This document shows positions 59,363-64,000 of a stretch of 64,000 nt of DNA, one piece after another. This DNA comes from an uncultured delta proteobacterium (lineage in GTDB: Bacteria > Desulfobacterota > Binatia > UBA9968), in NCBI GenBank assembly GCA_963737905.1, contig CAVTUQ010000002.1, positions 480,001-544,000 on the forward strand, read 5' to 3'. Within the stretch, counting starts at the first letter, position 1. Each line of letters starts with the position of its first letter. A model generated the notes under the pieces. That model ran no database searches and was not told the origin of the DNA. It saw only the letters and a list, made by a program, of their open reading frames with translations. The position numbers and the translations under genes were made by a program.

Positions 59363-59668
59363 ATGCGTGAAACGGCACAGGTGGTTTTTTATTATCTGCT
59401 GGGCAATCCGGTTGTCTACCTTGGGGTTGCTTTTATCGCCGGCCTCGCCGCGAATAAAACCGTCGCCTACGAAGGGAGAGCCGGATTTATTCTCTACTTG
59501 CTGGTCGGGCTGTTTGGTTTATTCTTGAGTCAGTTCGTGATACTTTTCTTTGGACTGCAGGAATACCTGCACCAGCTGCCCGAGTTTCGCATCCTTTTCG
59601 ACTTCATCGCCGCTTACGTCGGCTCATTCCTCGTGGCGGCGATTATTCATTTCATCAAACCCATGTGA
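59363..59668 (+). CDS. Small membrane protein (GlsB/YeaQ-like)
   Basis: Three hydrophobic helices. Confidence 0.65.
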   Translation: MRETAQVVFYYLLGNPVVYLGVAFIAGLAANKTVAYEGRAGFILYLLVGLFGLFLSQFVILFFGLQEYLHQLPEFRILFDFIAAYVGSFLVAAIIHFIKPM

Positions 59669-59744
<76 letters not shown>

Positions 59745-59800
59745 AATTTTTCTAGACCTCTAGCCATTGGGGGTCAATGTATGGCTACGGCGTGGTCGTG

Positions 59801-60790
59801 TTAGGGGCGCAATTTTCCCACGGTTCTCAATTCTTGCTGTGCTAATTTCAATATGCGTTCATCAACTACTTTGTTGACCGTCATCTTTTTGTCGACAATG
59901 CCGCTGCGAATATCCTCTTCGAGCATAATTTGGATTCCCTCTTCGGCAACGGACAAATCAGCAGTGAAGCCCCGGGAGTATAGGTCGTAGGCTCTGCTCA
60001 CGATATCCGGATCTCCCCGAAGGCCTGCGTCATATCCGGCTTTGATGGCCTCTTGCTTATTGTTTCTCGCCAGTTGCATCCCCAGAATCTGAGCGGCGAG
60101 AAACCTTTTGGTCGTTTCGGGATATTTTTGCATCAATTCATCCCGGGCAACGATCACCGCTTGGGGAATACTGAGCGAATCACTCAAGTTAGCTATCAGG
60201 GGAAATCCCTTCTTCAGGAGATAGACAGCATCTTCGGGAGAAAAAGGCGCCGCAGCGATAATGCCCTTCTCCAATGCGGCAGCGCGCAAAGGAGTCGCTC
60301 CGATGGCACGGAGCACGACATCCTTGTCCGGATCGATCTTATTATTCTTTAAAAAAATTCTGGTTGCAAAATCGGAAAAAGCGCCAGCTCCGGTAACGCC
60401 GATTATTTTTCCTCTTAGATCCTCGACGTTTTTGCTCGCGCTGTTGCCAATGATTGTATAGTTCACTCGATTCGATATCGAGCCGATGATCGAAATATCC
60501 AACCCTCGGGCTCGTGTACGGAATACCGCCTGCGCACCCCCAATACTGCCGAAATCGGCATCGCCGGATATCAAAGCGGCCATGGCTGCCGGTCCGCCGC
60601 GAATGAAGACCGGCTCCACCGTCAGCCCCTGGGCTCTAAAATACCCCTTTGCCAAGGCCACTCGGAATGGCAGAGAGCTAGTCCATGTCTGACTGGTGAA
60701 TATGACGCGTATTTGCTTTTTTTCTTGCGCCTGAGCGCTGAGTGAACTAAAGACAGAAATAGCTAAGAGCAAGATATAAAGAAAGGTCAT
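59801..60790 (-). CDS. ABC substrate-binding protein (NMT1/SsuA-like)
   Basis: AKGYFRAQGL, DLRGKIIGV, IDPDKDV. Confidence 0.88.
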   Translation of the reverse strand: MTFLYILLLAISVFSSLSAQAQEKKQIRVIFTSQTWTSSLPFRVALAKGYFRAQGLTVEPVFIRGGPAAMAALISGDADFGSIGGAQAVFRTRARGLDISIIGSISNRVNYTIIGNSASKNVEDLRGKIIGVTGAGAFSDFATRIFLKNNKIDPDKDVVLRAIGATPLRAAALEKGIIAAAPFSPEDAVYLLKKGFPLIANLSDSLSIPQAVIVARDELMQKYPETTKRFLAAQILGMQLARNNKQEAIKAGYDAGLRGDPDIVSRAYDLYSRGFTADLSVAEEGIQIMLEEDIRSGIVDKKMTVNKVVDERILKLAQQELRTVGKLRP

Positions 60791-60850
60791 TATTCGCAGG
60801 CCTCCTGGTCTCTATTTCTTCAACAGCCTCATCCAAGGGAGCGGTCAGGT

Positions 60851-61930
60851 TCAATTTCTAATGGTTTGAATAAACCAATCTAGAGGAAGTTCCTGTCCCA
60901 GCTTTTTCTCTTTGCAGAGGAGATACGCTAAATGACTCACTGCTGCGAACTGTACGCCGGTGCCTTCGCTTTTAAAAAAGGTGATCTCTTTTTCCGATTC
61001 TCGGCCGGAGACTTTTTTCACGAGAAGGTCCGTCAGATGAAATCGCTTGATTTTAGGAGATGCGGCTATAAGTCTCTCCTGTTCAGGCCCGCTGCCTCCT
61101 AAAGACGGAGGCCGCCAATCCTCAGGTGTAGTAAAATAGTTGAGACACAGGCCGCTTTGGTAACCTACGTATCGGTCTAGGCGACGGTAAACCTCTTCAT
61201 CTGGCTCCCGGTGATTAACAATCGATACATGCATCCCTTCTTCCAGCCACGCTCCATGGAGAATCGGACTACCGGCATCGCTGCACGCGGCTACAATGTC
61301 CGATTTCTCAACGGCTTCTTTCGGAGTGTTCATAGGAAGAACCTCAAAACCCAATTCCTCACTCATCTTTTTGCCGAACTGTTCTCGATGCAGCTTGTTG
61401 GGGCTGTAGACTTTGGCGAGCTGAATCCGTCTTATCGCCGCGTAGGCTCGCAGATGGGACTCGGCCATTCCCCCCGAGCCAAGAATACCGACTACCGTTG
61501 CATTTTCTCGAGCCATGAGCTTGCCCGCAACCGCCGTGGTGGCACCCACACGAATGTGCTGGATGATACCGTCATTGAGGATCGCCAGCGGCTCGCCATT
61601 CTGCGCCTTAAAAAGCAGAATGAGGCCGCAAAAACGTTCAGGTTCCATGCAATAATAATAGTTTCGTGTTTTTCCGTTGAGCGTGGGCCAGCAGAGAATG
61701 TCCGATTTAATCCGGATCGCGGCAACTCCGGCTCGCCTCAACCCACCTTCCATCGAGCTAAACCGATACCATCGCTCCGCACTCTCCGTGGGCAGATGCA
61801 TTTGCGACTTTGTGCGGTTTGCCCCACTGCCCAAGCCTTCTTCCTTGAATGCATCCTCCAGGACTTCAACGCACTGTTTCATGTTCAGGACTTGGCTGGC
61901 TGCCTCGTTGTTGATCAAAAGCATAGACAT
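60851..61930 (-). CDS. Ornithine cyclodeaminase/mu-crystallin family protein
   Basis: IRVGA, GILGSGGMA, GTGVQFAAV. Confidence 0.88.
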   Translation of the reverse strand: MSMLLINNEAASQVLNMKQCVEVLEDAFKEEGLGSGANRTKSQMHLPTESAERWYRFSSMEGGLRRAGVAAIRIKSDILCWPTLNGKTRNYYYCMEPERFCGLILLFKAQNGEPLAILNDGIIQHIRVGATTAVAGKLMARENATVVGILGSGGMAESHLRAYAAIRRIQLAKVYSPNKLHREQFGKKMSEELGFEVLPMNTPKEAVEKSDIVAACSDAGSPILHGAWLEEGMHVSIVNHREPDEEVYRRLDRYVGYQSGLCLNYFTTPEDWRPPSLGGSGPEQERLIAASPKIKRFHLTDLLVKKVSGRESEKEITFFKSEGTGVQFAAVSHLAYLLCKEKKLGQELPLDWFIQTIRN

Positions 61931-62071
61931 GTCCTCTTTTCTGCTAGCCTGATCGAAACTTTCAGGAGTGTGTCTGCGATTCGAACGACCTCGATGGGAT
62001 TTTTCGGCAAGAGCATTACGTCCGATCGATCGGGGAGTGTTGGAATGAGAAAGAAAATCTCCGCTAGGTTC

Positions 62072-62563
62072 TTAGCGAGACACGACTTCCTGAATCGACG
62101 CGATAATTGCGGGATAGGCACCACAGCGGCAGATATTCCCGGAAAGCCATTCAGCGATTTCTTCTCTCGTCGGCGACGGATTCTGCAGCAGCAGGGCCTT
62201 GGCTGACATGATCTGCCCCGGCGTGCAAAAGCCGCACTGAGCGCCGACATTTCGCATAAACGCTTCTTGGAGAGGATCCAGTTGTCCTCCCTTGGCCAAT
62301 CCTTCAATGGTAAGCACGGATTTGTTGTGCGCCTCGAATGCCAGATAATTACAGGAACTGACGGGCTGGTCTTCAACCAAAACGGTACAGGCCCCGCACA
62401 CCTGCGACTCACAAGAACGTTTCGTTCCGGTAAGGCCCAACCGTATTCTGATAAACTCAAGCAAGGTTTCCTCGGCGGGCACAGACCCATCCCAACGGTT
62501 CCCATTTACGTGGACGTATAATTGAAGAGAATGGCTATCGGTTGGACTCTGGGGAGGTTCCAT
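62072..62563 (-). CDS. (2Fe-2S)-binding small subunit, xanthine dehydrogenase family
   Basis: CESQVCGAC, QCGFCTPG, CRCGAY. Confidence 0.92.
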   Translation of the reverse strand: MEPPQSPTDSHSLQLYVHVNGNRWDGSVPAEETLLEFIRIRLGLTGTKRSCESQVCGACTVLVEDQPVSSCNYLAFEAHNKSVLTIEGLAKGGQLDPLQEAFMRNVGAQCGFCTPGQIMSAKALLLQNPSPTREEIAEWLSGNICRCGAYPAIIASIQEVVSR

Positions 62564-63431
62564 TCGTATTCCTTTCAATGTCATTGACCGCGTCGTCCAA
62601 GGCGCGCTCCAATAGAATGACCGTGAGGTAAAGTTTATATTCCGCCGAACCCAACAGATCATCGATGGGTTCCAGCGTGCGGCGTAAATATGGCTTGGTC
62701 TCTTTGATGATCTTTTTGCTGTCGTTTAAAGTCGCGCCCCGGATTTTTGACTCAAGTTCGGCAAGCCGAACAGCCTTCGGCCCGATGCACCCTACGGCAA
62801 ACCGAACCTCTTCAATTTGCCCATTCTGACAACGTGCCGCGGCGGCCACTCCCAATGTGGGCCGCTGCAGTCGATGAATCCTCAAGTAAGAGCTACCAAA
62901 CCCCGCCGGTAATCGCGGGACATGGATCGCTACTAGCAGCTCGTCGGATTCTAGCGCGGTCGTGTACATACCGACGAGAAATTCCTGGAGTGGAATTTGT
63001 CTCTCCCCGCTCGGACCGTGAATCCTGACTTCTGCATCGTAAACCAACAGCGCCGTGGCGGGATCGGAATGCGGATCATTGAAACAAAGATTTCCCCCGA
63101 TTGTTCCCTGGCCTCGCACTCTTATGTTGGCGACTTGTGACTCGGCATGGGCAAGCATCGGCAACGCCTCACGAACGGTCGTATCCGTCTCCAACCGCCG
63201 GTGCGTCACAGCTGCTCCGATGACCACGCGATCGCTTTCCGATCCAATCCTGCTCAGTTCACCGATGGTTTTGATGTTGAGCAGATATTCGGTCCTGACC
63301 AAATTATGACGCAGGAGAATCAGTAACTCGGTTCCGCCGCCATACACCCTTACCTGGTCGCCTAAACGTGCTAGCTCATGCACGGCATCTGCGATTGAAT
63401 TCGTATTTAGGACTTTGAAGGCCGGAAGCAT
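62535..63431 (-). CDS. FAD-binding medium subunit, xanthine dehydrogenase family
   Basis: GGGTELL, GTIGGNLC, GSAEYK. Confidence 0.92.
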   Translation of the reverse strand: MLPAFKVLNTNSIADAVHELARLGDQVRVYGGGTELLILLRHNLVRTEYLLNIKTIGELSRIGSESDRVVIGAAVTHRRLETDTTVREALPMLAHAESQVANIRVRGQGTIGGNLCFNDPHSDPATALLVYDAEVRIHGPSGERQIPLQEFLVGMYTTALESDELLVAIHVPRLPAGFGSSYLRIHRLQRPTLGVAAAARCQNGQIEEVRFAVGCIGPKAVRLAELESKIRGATLNDSKKIIKETKPYLRRTLEPIDDLLGSAEYKLYLTVILLERALDDAVNDIERNTNGTSPESNR

Positions 63432-63444
63432 TGTCCACTCACAT

Positions 63445-64000
63445 TCACTGGAGTTTGCCCAAAGCAGCGAGAATCTTCTCAGGAGTGATGGGTAAAGATT
63501 TCACCCTGGCTCCGATGGCGTCGTAAATGGCGTTGCCGACAGCAGGGGCCACCGTGACGATAGATGTTTGGGACATGCCTTTGGAGCCAAAAGGACCGGG
63601 GCCGTCGCCGGCTTCTAAGATTGACGTGCTCATGGAGGCCGGTAAGTCCTTTAAAACCGGCAGACGGTATTGGAAAGGGTCCGCGTTCAAGATCTGGCCA
63701 TCAGAATAAACAACCTCCTCGAAGAGAGCATGTCCAAAACCCATGACAGCTCCACCAAGAAGCTGCGCAATTGCCGACCTATAATGCAGCACCTCGCCGG
63801 CATCCACCGCGACTGCATACTGAAGAACCCGAAATTCTCCGATGTCCGGATCGACTTCAACTTCGGCGATTGCTGCGCTGGGGGCCCAATGATCCATTCC
63901 TGCGAACGAAGACGAATCTTTTTGTACCGGCGGTGCTCGGTAAGCGCCTGCGCTTTGAATAGTCGCTTCCGGTCCAATCAGACTGACGATTTCCGCGAAT
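63445..64000 (-). CDS. Molybdopterin-binding large subunit, C-terminal part (runs off the window)
   Basis: AEVEVD, GPFGSKG, AVGNAIYDAIG, LPITPEK; frame open to the window edge. Confidence 0.9.
   Translation of the reverse strand, partial: FAEIVSLIGPEATIQSAGAYRAPPVQKDSSSFAGMDHWAPSAAIAEVEVDPDIGEFRVLQYAVAVDAGEVLHYRSAIAQLLGGAVMGFGHALFEEVVYSDGQILNADPFQYRLPVLKDLPASMSTSILEAGDGPGPFGSKGMSQTSIVTVAPAVGNAIYDAIGARVKSLPITPEKILAALGKLQ

Noticed and set aside
61211-62206. 331-aa plus-strand ORF
   Set aside because: Antisense to the cyclodeaminase and 2Fe-2S genes, with no domain signal.

Overview
Bacterial chromosomal window, probably Candidatus Binatia/Binatota or a related Deltaproteobacteria-like lineage. 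This is inferred from the many orphan ABC substrate-binding proteins (SBPs), luciferase-like monooxygenases, xanthine-dehydrogenase-family trios and short-period intergenic repeats. Left to right: (1) 5' end of a DarT-like toxin gene missed by the ORF track; (2) four tandem ABC_sub_bind SBP genes, one split by an IS3-type element, with heptamer-period hairpins at the 5' ends (clear at three, weak at the fourth); (3) Uma2 nuclease, an IS4 element and a mosaic island (9-14 kb) with HicAB, a TPP-dependent decarboxylase pair, a nucleotidyltransferase, a 239-bp MITE, an SDR and duplicated gene stubs; (4) an RpiR-regulated LLM/hydrolase/Mo-hydroxylase operon; (5) mixed genes including a PD-(D/E)XK + nucleoside-deoxyribosyltransferase-like fusion next to a 3-methyladenine glycosylase, and an actinobacterial-type polA; (6) a decayed TA/restriction island between PPTase sequences; (7) a MarR-linked operon joining nucleoside phosphorylase, a two-domain MtnA, a class II aldolase-SCP2 fusion, an Fe-S oxidoreductase and an acyl-CoA ligase, the best candidate for an undescribed pathway (catabolism of a lipid-linked nucleoside); (8) dacA-like gene, holA, TPP riboswitch-thiSGE, tRNA-Thr(CGT) and a second Mo-hydroxylase cluster. 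Many single-base frameshifts suggest long-read assembly errors, so pseudogene calls are provisional. All family calls are motif recognition by eye; no searches were run.
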